Assembly: GCA_036339465.1 (NCBI GenBank)
Contig: JAYZAY010000079.1
Span: forward strand, 1 to 35,175
DNA length: 35,175 bases
Reading direction: 5' to 3'
Source: Myxococcota bacterium
Lineage (GTDB): Bacteria > Myxococcota > XYA12-FULL-58-9 > JABJBS01
Below the pieces are notes generated by a model that saw nothing but the letters and a program-made list of their open reading frames with translations, did not search any database and was not told where the DNA came from. A program made the position numbers and the translations under genes. Shown here piece after piece: positions 8,541 through 18,000 of the stretch (position 1 is its first letter; every line of letters starts with the position of its first letter).

Positions 8541-9930
8541 AATGCGTGTACCTTCAGTGGCATTGGTTGGACGACCCAATGTTGGGAAATCTACCCTATT
8601 TAATATGTTGATTGGGCGGCGTCGATCCCTCGTTTTTGACGAACCGGGCGTGACGCGTGATCGGATCATCGAACGGGTTGAATGTGATGGCAAGGTTCTC
8701 GAAGTTGTCGATACAGGTGGTCTCGTTGGGCCGGGGGAAGATGCTTTTAGTAAGATTGTGCACGAATTGACCGAAGAGACCATTGCTGAGTCGGATTTGG
8801 TGGTGGTTGTGTTTGATGGGGCAAGCGGTGTGATGCCTATGGATCACGAAATTATGTCATTAATTCGGAGGTCAGGTCGAAAAGCCATTTGGGTGGTCAA
8901 TAAAATTGATGCGCCTGGGCACCAAGACCGGATCGCAGAATTTTATGCCTTGGGGGTTGATAAGCCGATTGCAACAAGCGCAGAGCATGCATTGGGTTAT
9001 GAAGAACTGATCGATACGATTTTGGAAAATGTGGAGGCTCCATCGGTTGAAGATTACCGCTCAACTTACTCAGGGACACCTGTCTTGACTGAGGAAACCG
9101 ACGATTTTGGAACAAGGGTGGAGTGGGAAGGCAGTGAAATTCGTGTAGCCGTGGTTGGACGCCCGAATGCCGGTAAGTCAACGCTCGTAAACCAACTATT
9201 GGGACGTGAGCGGGTATTAGCCTCGAGTATCGCAGGTACCACGCGGGATAGTGTTGATGTTGAGCTGGAATATGATGGACAGAAATTTGTGCTTGTAGAC
9301 ACAGCGGGGATTCGAAGGAAAAGCGCGATTCATCGAAGGATCGAGAAACTTTCTGTCTCGTCGGCGGTGCGCAGCATTGAAGATTGTGATGTCGTGATTG
9401 TGGTTTTGGATTCCAGCGAAGCACCCACCGAGCAGGACGCAAGAATTCTAGGATTGGTCCAGAAGAGAGGAAAGGGGGTAGTCATCGCTGTAAATAAGTG
9501 GGATCTAGTACGTTCCGGAAACGCGGATGAGGATTACCTGGATAATTTGGTTCGCCGCTTTCCCTTTGTACGTTTTGCTCCGATGGTTCGAATATCCGCC
9601 AAGACCGGGCGAGGTATGAATCGACTTTTACCGGCGGTACAGACCACGCAAAATGAACGCTATCGTCGCGTGGGTACATCAGAGCTTAATCGTTTTTTCA
9701 ATGACGTAACAGCGATGACGCCACCCCGTAGTCAGGGGCAGCGTCCCAAATTGCTCTACGTATCACAACCCATGGTGGCACCACCGACTTTTGTTTTCAT
9801 GTGTCGGCGGCCGGAAGGACTCCAGGGGGCATATAAGCGATATCTCGAGAACAATCTTCGTGAGCGCTATGGATTTGGTGGTACCCCGATTTGGCTAAAG
9901 TTCCGTGAATCTAGCCAAAAAGGCCAATAG
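8530..9930 (+). CDS. der: Ribosome biogenesis GTPase Der (EngA)
   Basis: Two tandem G domains (GRPNVGKST/DTGG/NKID and GRPNAGKST/DTAG/NKWD) plus a KH-like tail 'YKRYLENNLRERYGFGGTPI'. Start 8530 or 8542. Confidence 0.96.
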   Translation: MDNKMRVPSVALVGRPNVGKSTLFNMLIGRRRSLVFDEPGVTRDRIIERVECDGKVLEVVDTGGLVGPGEDAFSKIVHELTEETIAESDLVVVVFDGASGVMPMDHEIMSLIRRSGRKAIWVVNKIDAPGHQDRIAEFYALGVDKPIATSAEHALGYEELIDTILENVEAPSVEDYRSTYSGTPVLTEETDDFGTRVEWEGSEIRVAVVGRPNAGKSTLVNQLLGRERVLASSIAGTTRDSVDVELEYDGQKFVLVDTAGIRRKSAIHRRIEKLSVSSAVRSIEDCDVVIVVLDSSEAPTEQDARILGLVQKRGKGVVIAVNKWDLVRSGNADEDYLDNLVRRFPFVRFAPMVRISAKTGRGMNRLLPAVQTTQNERYRRVGTSELNRFFNDVTAMTPPRSQGQRPKLLYVSQPMVAPPTFVFMCRRPEGLQGAYKRYLENNLRERYGFGGTPIWLKFRESSQKGQ

Positions 9931-9961
9931 GTTCTGATGTTCTAGCGGTCAATGAATCTCA

Positions 9962-10188
9962 CTAAATTTTAGGTCGAGGGCAATGCTCGTTTGGCGAGGG
10001 TGGAGATACCTTTGATAGGGCCTTGAATTTCCGTTCCGCTTCTTCAACGCGCTTAATGTTGTACGATGAGACCTTCGCTGTGTTTCCGCTCGCTGCCCAA
10101 CTTCTCCACCTAGGAAGTGCAGGCAACGGCGAGTATGAAGGGTGTTTGTGGAACAACGAGACGGTGCGCGGTGGGAGGTTGAAAACTC
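9962..10188 (-). pseudogene. Possible IS256-family transposase C-terminal scrap
   Basis: Minus frame reads VFNLPP...KHPSYSPLPALPRWRSWAA...IKRVEEAERKFKAL, resembling IS256 C-termini (FxFP..H..xRTTNPxESPFAAL...AExRFRRL). Confidence 0.35.
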
Positions 10189-10195
10189 ACATGAG

Positions 10196-12283
10196 CTAAG
10201 AGCGCTGATAACCCAAAATCCGTTTCAGCCAGGCGAAAAAACTGACGCGCGGCATGAGAGCCGGGGCCTGATTGGTCGGATTGTCGCTGGTATTGGGGGA
10301 TGCCGTTTGGGCGACACTGGCCGCAACTGGTTTCTGCGCTGATTCCGGAGTTACTGTGGTGGCGGCTGCGGCCATTTGTTCATTGTCCTCCTTGGGGCGC
10401 CGATTTCTATTTCGATTTCGATTCCTGTTACGGTTTTCTGAACGTCCACCGTTGTCTTCGGTGTTATTGCCGCGTTTGGTCCGGTGATTTTCTCTACCCT
10501 GGGGTGTGGCATTTGACTCTTTGTTGTCTTTGGTTCGTGGCTCCTTTCCAGGCAAATAAAAACCGAGCTTTTCTGGATTGAAAGACCGATATGTCGGCAG
10601 ATCGAAGTTGATGTCATCATCCAGGGAACCTTTGGATTGTCCAACGAATTCATAATTTTGTTTTTTCGGTGAGGTAGAGGACGGTGCTTCTTCCATTTCA
10701 TCCTCGTCTTCGAGGAGGTCATCATCTTCATAATCGTCTACATCTCCGGTATCGAACCGTGGTGTGGGTCCGAAATTAGGAGCTGGCAATTCGATGGGCG
10801 TGGCATCTGGGTTTGTTTGGAAACTGAAATCAACTTGTCCCGCTGCCATCTTATGGGCAATTTGAATTTCAACGCGAAGGTTAAATCGACTCTCAATGGT
10901 TTGGACCGTCGCCCAGCGTCTACTCTTAATATAATCCGCAGTTATGGGGCCAACGGTTATCTTAGCGGCGGTCAAATCACCGCGGGCAGCGCGGTCACTC
11001 AACTTCCTTAACACGGCCACGGCGTGGGATTCAGGGTTAATGACATAGCCGGTTCCGTTACATGAGGAGCAGCGTCTAAACATGCTCGCTTGGACAGAGG
11101 TTCGAATACGTTGACGCGTGACCTCTAAAAGGCCGTTTCGAGAGATTCGCGAACTTTTGACCCTAGAACGGTCATGACGGAGGGAATCACGTAAGGCTTT
11201 TTCGACCCTCTGCTGATTTCGGCGCTGAGCCATGTCAATAAAGTCAATGACAATGATACCGCCTAGGTCCCGCAGTCTTAGTTGCCTACCAACCTCAGCG
11301 GCTGCTTGGAGGTTCGTTTCTGTGGCGGTTTCTTCGTGGCCGCCTTCTTTACGTTTACCGGAGTTTACGTCGATAGCGACGAGGGCTTCGGTTTGTTCGA
11401 TCACCAAAGAGCCGCCAGAAGGAAGTTTAACCTTGGGTTGATAAATAGTATCTAGCTGATCTTCGATACCATAGTGGTGGAAAATAGGTCGTGATTCGAC
11501 GTAACGGGTTAGGGCGCCGCGATGTTTTGGCATGACCATTCGCATGTAATCACTGGCTCGGTCATAAGCTTCATCGGAATCGAGAACGACTTCATCGATT
11601 TCAGGTGTGAAATAGTCCCTGAGAGCGCGAATGATGACATCCTGCTCTTTGAAAATCAGAGATGGGGCCTTGGTTTTGGTTGCTTCTTTTTGGATATTAT
11701 CCCAGAGGCGCAGAAGCACCTTGAGGTCGCGACTTAAATCAGTTTTGGTCCGGTCTTTGCCTGCGGTGCGCACAATCACGCCGATCCCTTCAGGGATCCT
11801 CAATTTGTCGGTTGCTTCACGAATACGCTTGCGGGTTTCTTCGTCCTCGATTTTACGGGACACCCCAGAGCGGTTGGTATGGGGCATTGCGACCACATAA
11901 CGCCCAGCAAGGGCGAGATAAGTTGTAAGAACGGCACCTTTGGCCCCAACCTCGTCCTTCGTCACTTGGACAAGTATTTCTTGCTTGGGCTTAAGGAGCT
12001 TGGTGATAGGGGGGAGATTGTCAGGGTCAACGTCCCCCGCCCAGCCAACAGCTTTGGGGTTGACATCGTTTGCGGTTAGAAAACCCTGCTTTTCTGCACC
12101 GTAGTAAACAAAAGCCGCATTCAACGAGGGTTCTACGTCGATGACGACAGCCTTGTAGATATTGCCTGTGTTTGTGGCAGAGCCCCTGGTTTCTATGTCA
12201 AAGTCTTCTAAGCAAGCATTCTCGATAAGTGCGATACGTACCTCTTCTGGATCGATCGCGTTGATAATCATTTTGCGCGTCAT
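10196..12283 (-). CDS. rne: Ribonuclease E (Rne/Rng family with C-terminal disordered region)
   Basis: GNIYKA S1 start, IDVNSG, LRDLGGIIVIDFIDM and Zn-link CSSC, followed by an acidic tract, RNRNRN repeat and amphipathic C-terminal helix. Confidence 0.95.
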   Translation of the reverse strand: MTRKMIINAIDPEEVRIALIENACLEDFDIETRGSATNTGNIYKAVVIDVEPSLNAAFVYYGAEKQGFLTANDVNPKAVGWAGDVDPDNLPPITKLLKPKQEILVQVTKDEVGAKGAVLTTYLALAGRYVVAMPHTNRSGVSRKIEDEETRKRIREATDKLRIPEGIGVIVRTAGKDRTKTDLSRDLKVLLRLWDNIQKEATKTKAPSLIFKEQDVIIRALRDYFTPEIDEVVLDSDEAYDRASDYMRMVMPKHRGALTRYVESRPIFHHYGIEDQLDTIYQPKVKLPSGGSLVIEQTEALVAIDVNSGKRKEGGHEETATETNLQAAAEVGRQLRLRDLGGIIVIDFIDMAQRRNQQRVEKALRDSLRHDRSRVKSSRISRNGLLEVTRQRIRTSVQASMFRRCSSCNGTGYVINPESHAVAVLRKLSDRAARGDLTAAKITVGPITADYIKSRRWATVQTIESRFNLRVEIQIAHKMAAGQVDFSFQTNPDATPIELPAPNFGPTPRFDTGDVDDYEDDDLLEDEDEMEEAPSSTSPKKQNYEFVGQSKGSLDDDINFDLPTYRSFNPEKLGFYLPGKEPRTKDNKESNATPQGRENHRTKRGNNTEDNGGRSENRNRNRNRNRNRRPKEDNEQMAAAATTVTPESAQKPVAASVAQTASPNTSDNPTNQAPALMPRVSFFAWLKRILGYQRS

Positions 12284-12623
12284 TGAGCGTCCTTAAAGTT
12301 GTGTGGGTGAGATTGCCAGGTATGCGCTCGTCGAAATTATGACGATCTCCGCGGTTCGACTTGGTCAGGCAAGTGATTACCAAGCGCTGTGACAATTGCT
12401 TGAACCTCGGGGCTGCATACATGAGAAGTTAACCCGCTATACAGTTAATTTTTGGTGAATAGAAAAGCAGGGGCAGCGTAAGGGCTCTCTCCGTAGGGTT
12501 CACGTGGTAAAATACCAACTTTACCGACCATCTGGAACCCTCAACCCAACCTCTAACTAATTTTACCGGGTTGCTTGGCCTCTAGTTTTACTATCCTGAT
12601 ACCCTCTATGCGCTATATCTACC

Positions 12624-12656
12624 AAACTTTCAAGATTTTCAGAAACTTTCAAGTTT
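12624..12656. promoter_or_regulatory. Tandem pair of pseudo-palindromic sites in the divergent rne/yfgM promoter region
   Basis: AAACTTTCAAG at 12624-12634 and 12643-12653 (19-bp period). The second copy extends to the palindrome AAACTT-TC-AAGTTT. Confidence 0.5.
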
Positions 12657-12774
12657 ATTACGGCCTCTTTTGACGTATTTTAAGAACCCTTTTGTGTTTT
12701 GAAGCGTCACAGAGTTGCGAGTAGGCCTAGAAGCAGGTAAGTAGGCCAGCGCATTATTTCCTGGAGAGGATTCC

Positions 12775-13461
12775 ATGGCCAAAGCGAGCAATCGTAACAA
12801 GAAGCAAGATGTAACCGCCGACGACGCGTTTGTGGAAGCAGCCCAACAGAGTATTGCCTGGGTCGACCAGCACAAGAACACGGTTCTCGCGAGCATGGTT
12901 GGTGTAGCAATAATGGTATCTGCCGGTTTTGGCGGTAGCGTTTATCTAGACGATCGCAACACTGAGGCCTCGGGTATGCTTTACGAGGCAGTCGAGGGTA
13001 TTAGAGGTCAGGAAGATGCCGGTGATGAGGTGATCGATAGGTTTAATGCACTGAACCGACGATTTGACGGAAGTGCATTGTCAACCATGGGAAATCTCTA
13101 CGCGGCCGGATTAGAAGTCCAAACGGAGAAGTTTGACTCGGCTACCCAGAGGCTTAGAAAATTGCTCGAAGGCGTAGATTCTCACGATACACTCTATTTT
13201 CTCGGTGTGGAAAAACTCGCCAATATCTATGCTGACCGAGGCAAACTGGACGACGCTCTTAGCACGTGGGGCCGACTCAATTCTAACGAGGTCACTTTTT
13301 ATCGCGACCGGGCGTTGTATCAGATGGCGCGATTATCGAATATGAAAGGGGACGGCGCTCGGGCCCAAGATTATTTGAATGAGCTGACCAAGCTCTTCCC
13401 GGATACGACCATTAAGCCTGAGGCCGAAATATTGAGTGGCTTGCTGAAAGCTCAAAAATAA
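12775..13461 (+). CDS. YfgM-like membrane-anchored TPR protein
   Basis: N-terminal W-x3-K then one TM helix, followed by TPR-like helices (ALYQMARL...AQDYLNELTKLFP). Upstream of a BamB-like gene. SD GAGAGG. Confidence 0.75.
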   Translation: MAKASNRNKKQDVTADDAFVEAAQQSIAWVDQHKNTVLASMVGVAIMVSAGFGGSVYLDDRNTEASGMLYEAVEGIRGQEDAGDEVIDRFNALNRRFDGSALSTMGNLYAAGLEVQTEKFDSATQRLRKLLEGVDSHDTLYFLGVEKLANIYADRGKLDDALSTWGRLNSNEVTFYRDRALYQMARLSNMKGDGARAQDYLNELTKLFPDTTIKPEAEILSGLLKAQK

Positions 13462-13491
13462 CTGTTCGCCTTCTCCAAGGAGCTCAACGCG

Positions 13492-14649
13492 GTGAGAAAC
13501 GTTTCCCGTTTAGTTTTATTCGCTGGCTTCGCCGCTGTTACTTTTCTCTGTGGTCCGTCTTTTGCAGGAGATGGTTCCATGGAACGACTGTTAAAAGCAC
13601 CGCATCAAGAGCCCTATCGGCTTGTATGGCGGCAGCAGCTTATGCGGACAGGTTTTCACCGGGATATTGGATTGGCTTTCGGGGAACCGGAGTTCGTTAG
13701 CGCGAAAAGCCTTTTGATTGTGGCTGCTCCCGATGGTCGTGTCCAGGCGTTACGAGTCCAAACAGGTGAACTCATTTGGGATCTTGATTTGGGAGTCGAA
13801 CTCAGTGGTATCGTGAAGTATGCCAAAGACAACGAACGTGAATTACTGCTTGTCGCCGACCGACTTGGTTATTTACATGGGATTTCGCTTACGGGTAAAG
13901 AAGTGCTCTGGCGTGTGAAGATTGGTGCCTCAATCACGAATCTGTGGCCGGAGTCGCCGACCACGGCCTATTTAACCACCGATGACCATCGACTCATTGC
14001 CGTCAGCACCGCCACCGGGTTTCAATTATGGGAGCATCAGCGGACGGGCGTACCGATGATGACCATTCGGGGGGCGGGCCGGCCGCTGGTAGAGGGTGAT
14101 CGGGTCTATATCGGGTTTGCGGATGGTCACGTTGCAGCTCTCAACAAGAACAGCGGTGCTGTCATTTGGTCTCGGGATTTGTCAGTCGGAATATCTGGGC
14201 GCTTCAGAGATTCGGATTTCTCTCCGGTTCGGGCACCCTGTGGTATCCTTTTTGCGAACTATCAGGTGGGGCTCTTCTGTCTCGACAAGGAACATGGGGC
14301 AGTGGCATTTCGCGTGCATGCAAAGGGGATTACCTATTTTGAATCGACGCCCCAGGAACTCATTATGGGCACCCATGAGGGCAAGGTTTTTGCCATCTCA
14401 TGGGAGACCAAGAAAAAGAAATATTACTCGGATTTACGAAACGGGCCGGTACTCGGTTCTAATGAGATCGGATTAAGTGATACCGTGGTTTTGGCTGCTG
14501 CGGATTCGCTGACATTGATTCGCCGGGATTCTGGGCGTCCGATTCAGGCCTTTAAACTACCCGGTGAAATTTTGAATTCACCGGTTGTCGCTGGTGATTT
14601 TATTGGGTTAATTGATTCCGGTGGGGAGCTTTTTCTTTTTAGTCGCTGA
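13492..14649 (+). CDS. PQQ-like beta-propeller, BamB-like
   Basis: Repeated A-L-x3-TG-x3-W propeller blades (ALRVQTGELIW, AVSTATGFQLW, ALNKNSGAVIW); yfgM-bamB synteny. Confidence 0.75.
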   Translation: MRNVSRLVLFAGFAAVTFLCGPSFAGDGSMERLLKAPHQEPYRLVWRQQLMRTGFHRDIGLAFGEPEFVSAKSLLIVAAPDGRVQALRVQTGELIWDLDLGVELSGIVKYAKDNERELLLVADRLGYLHGISLTGKEVLWRVKIGASITNLWPESPTTAYLTTDDHRLIAVSTATGFQLWEHQRTGVPMMTIRGAGRPLVEGDRVYIGFADGHVAALNKNSGAVIWSRDLSVGISGRFRDSDFSPVRAPCGILFANYQVGLFCLDKEHGAVAFRVHAKGITYFESTPQELIMGTHEGKVFAISWETKKKKYYSDLRNGPVLGSNEIGLSDTVVLAAADSLTLIRRDSGRPIQAFKLPGEILNSPVVAGDFIGLIDSGGELFLFSR

Positions 14650-14669
14650 ACTGATGGGGGGATTAAATA

Positions 14670-15083
14670 ATGACCGAAACCTCGAAGAAGACCTTCCGGG
14701 TCGTCGCAGGAGTAATTGTCCGGGATGGGAAGTATTTGATCACCCAACGGATGAGCCATGCGGTCTTGGCGGACCTCTGGGAATTTCCCGGTGGTAAATT
14801 GGAGGAGGGGGAGTCAAATCAGGTGGCTCTGGCGCGAGAACTGGAATATAGAATTGGAGTCAGTGCCTCGGTGGGAGAATTGATTTCAGAAACTCATCGA
14901 GACTATGATGATTATCAAGTGCTCCTTACTTTGTATGAATGCGAAATTGGCTCGCAGCAACCAGTTCCTCTGACCGTTCAGGATATTTCCTGGTCATCGA
15001 TCGAGGATATGTCAAATTACGAGTTTGCACCTGCCGATAAGGAAAGTATGGACAAGCTGGTTCTTGCTCAACCCGATGAGTGA
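14670..15083 (+). CDS. MutT/NudG-like NUDIX hydrolase with atypical Nudix box
   Basis: LWEFPGGKLEEGES...ALARELEYRIGV and C-terminal FAPAD. Confidence 0.85.
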   Translation: MTETSKKTFRVVAGVIVRDGKYLITQRMSHAVLADLWEFPGGKLEEGESNQVALARELEYRIGVSASVGELISETHRDYDDYQVLLTLYECEIGSQQPVPLTVQDISWSSIEDMSNYEFAPADKESMDKLVLAQPDE

Positions 15084-18000
15084 TTACCACCGCCTGCAGT
15101 TGTGATCTCAAGTTCATCGCCAGGATTCAGTTGTAGGTAGGCCTTGCTCTGAATGGGTTGTGGTTTACCACTTTCCCGGATCAGTCTGGTGGTCCGAAAT
15201 TGTCCAGGTGTTGCACCATTCAAGCCGTAGGGGGGGATTTTTTGCCGGTCGCCGAGAATGGTGACTTTGGCCTCCGTGAGAAACTTGTAGTGGCGAATGA
15301 CGCCCGCCCCCCCGCAGTTTTCTAGCACATCAGGTTGTGTGAAAGGGGCGAGACTGTACCTCATGATGCGTACAGGGAAGAGTCGCTCGAGATCCTCAAT
15401 CGGGGTATTGAGGGTGTTGGTCATGTGGGCGTGCATGGCAGATGCTCCATGTTGAGATGCTGATGCGCCGTGTCCGCCACCGATGGTCTCATAATGTACG
15501 AAATTTTGTTTCTGCGGACCCGCTGTTTGGCCCCCAAATAGGATGTTGTTCATGGAGCCGCAGGACGCTGCTGGGATCTTGTTAGGAAAGATCTGGGCGA
15601 AAGCGCCTAGGATTGTATCGACTAGCCTCTGAGAGGTCTCCACATTTCCTGCCGACACGGCAGCAGGATACTCGGCATCGCAAATACTGCCCGGCCGCGT
15701 AACTATTTTGACGGCATCGATAATTCCTTGATTGATTGCGATGTCTTTAACCGATAGGCAGCCGAGCACGTAAAATACCGCGGCGGTCGTGACACTCCTT
15801 ACAGCATTGAGGCCTGAGGAAACCTGGTTGCCCGATTGCGAAAAATCGAATTCGAGTTCCGAACCGCCGACAGTGAGGCGAACACTAATGGGTATTGGCT
15901 CCTGTGACACACCATCGTCATCGAGGTGATCTGTGAATATATATTGGCCGTCCGGCATCGTTTCTATTAGTTTTTCTGTTTTGTGTTTAGAGTCGCAAAG
16001 TAGGAACTCGTTACGCTCTCGGATTTTGTCAGGATTCAGTTTGAGGAGGTATTGTGTGAGCTCATCTTTTCCTGTTTCGTTGGCTGCTTCCTGTGCCCTT
16101 AGGTCGGCGTAACGATCACTTGGGGTTCGCGAAGCGGTCGCGAAGCGTTCACGGGTGGCCGCAGTCAAGCAACAGGGTGGCAGGCGAATACCCTCGTCAT
16201 GGATCGTTAATTCGATGGGGTTTCCTTGTTCATCAAATGGGGCAGGCATACTTCCTGGAACGCGTCCCCCTATGTCTGCATGGTGGGCTCGACTGGCCAC
16301 ATAAAACTGAGGTGCGGCTTTGTCCTGTATAAATACGGGCGTGATGATGGTTACGTCTGGTAGATGGGTCCCACCTGAATAGGGGTCGTTAACAATGACA
16401 GATTCATTGGGTGTGAAACGGATGGTCTTAAGCGCCTGCTGAACGCAGGTGGCTTGAGAACCTAAGTGCACGGGGATATGGGCCGCTTGTGCGAGAAGTT
16501 GGCCGTCAGAATCGAAGATGGCACATGAATAGTCGCGCCGCTCTCGAATGTTGGCAGAAAAACTTGTTCTTTGAAGAACCGCACCCATGTCTTCGGCTAT
16601 AGATTGCAATTTGAGTTTGTGAATCTCTAGGTCGAGAGTGCTGGAAAAGAGCGCATTTAAACTTTTATCCGGTGGAACGAAAGAGCAGATCCAGTCACCC
16701 GTTGAAAATTTTTGAGCAATCCAATTGTCCGGTATCCAAAGCGTGCTGTCGTAGTTTGGGATTGTGGCTGGCCCGGTGGCTTGTTCGGTGGGTTCGGGCT
16801 CCTCGGGTGAACTGATGGAACCTTGTGCCTGACAATATAAGTTGATTCGGATGTCTGCTGCTTCAATGGTATATCCCTGCAAAACGTGACCGAAGTTTTT
16901 GTGATAGGCTTTGGTGAATTTATCTGACAACTTTTCTTCGGTGAGGGATGCATTGGCCGCGTCGGTCAAGATAGTTATCCCATTTGACGCGGTGATTTTA
17001 TCGCTAGGGAATTCACTCCGGATTAGCACAATGGGAATGGTGGAGGATTGTCCCTTGTAAGAGCAGTCGAAGAGAAGGGTAAAATGGGTGGTTGTATTTT
17101 GGTCATAAAGTTCGTCGATATATTTCACCCAAACTTCTCGAATATACTCAGCGAGGTTAAGCCTTTTGATTTTCTCGATGTTTTGGTGAATGGAACGAAC
17201 AGCACTTACGTGGTGCCGGGTTCGCTGAATTCCCGCTGCGGAAAGGACGCCTGAATGATTGGGGATCAGGACCTTTTTAATTCCAAGTTCCTCTGCGATA
17301 GCGCATGCATGGAGGCCTCCGGCGCCCCCGAATGCGACCATCGTGAGTTCGCGGGGGTCTACTCCCTTGGCGGCAGAAGCATTTTTACAGGCCTTCAACA
17401 TCTGGGCTTCAGCTAGGCGGATGATACCTTGCGCTGTTTCGATCGGACTTTTGTTTAATTTTTTAGCGAGCTTGTTGATTGCGGCGTGGGAATGCGCGTG
17501 GGATATCTCAAAAGCACCAGAGAGAAGTGTGTCGAGACGTCCTAAAACGATGTTCGCATCTGTTATAGTGGGACGGTCAATGAACCCATCTAAACCGTAG
17601 CAAGCCGGGCCCGGTTTGGCGCCAGCTGACTTTGGGCCGACCTGCAATAGCTTGGTCTCATCGGCAAAAGCGAGGGAACCCCCACCGGCGCCAATCGTGG
17701 TGATCTCCAACATCGGAAGATTGAGCCCTATGTCACCCACTTTACCTGTGGGGGACGGTTCTGGGAGGCCGTCGCTTAAGGAAATATCAGTAGAGGTCCC
17801 CCCCATGTCGAGGGTGAGGACTTTGTTGAACCCGAAACGCTGGGCCGCAAACCAAGCGCCCACAACCCCTCCGGAAGGACCAGATAACGCGGTCCTGATT
17901 GGTTCTTTAGCGGCCCTCTCTAATGGGATCAAACCTCCGGTAGAATCGCTTATCTGGATTCGAGCGGCCGTAGTTCCGAGTGCGGATCGAAGACGCCCTA

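Noticed and set aside
10400..10440. GATTTC-like hexamer repeats
   Set aside because: They encode the (RN)n Arg-rich tract of RNase E and are not an independent repeat element.
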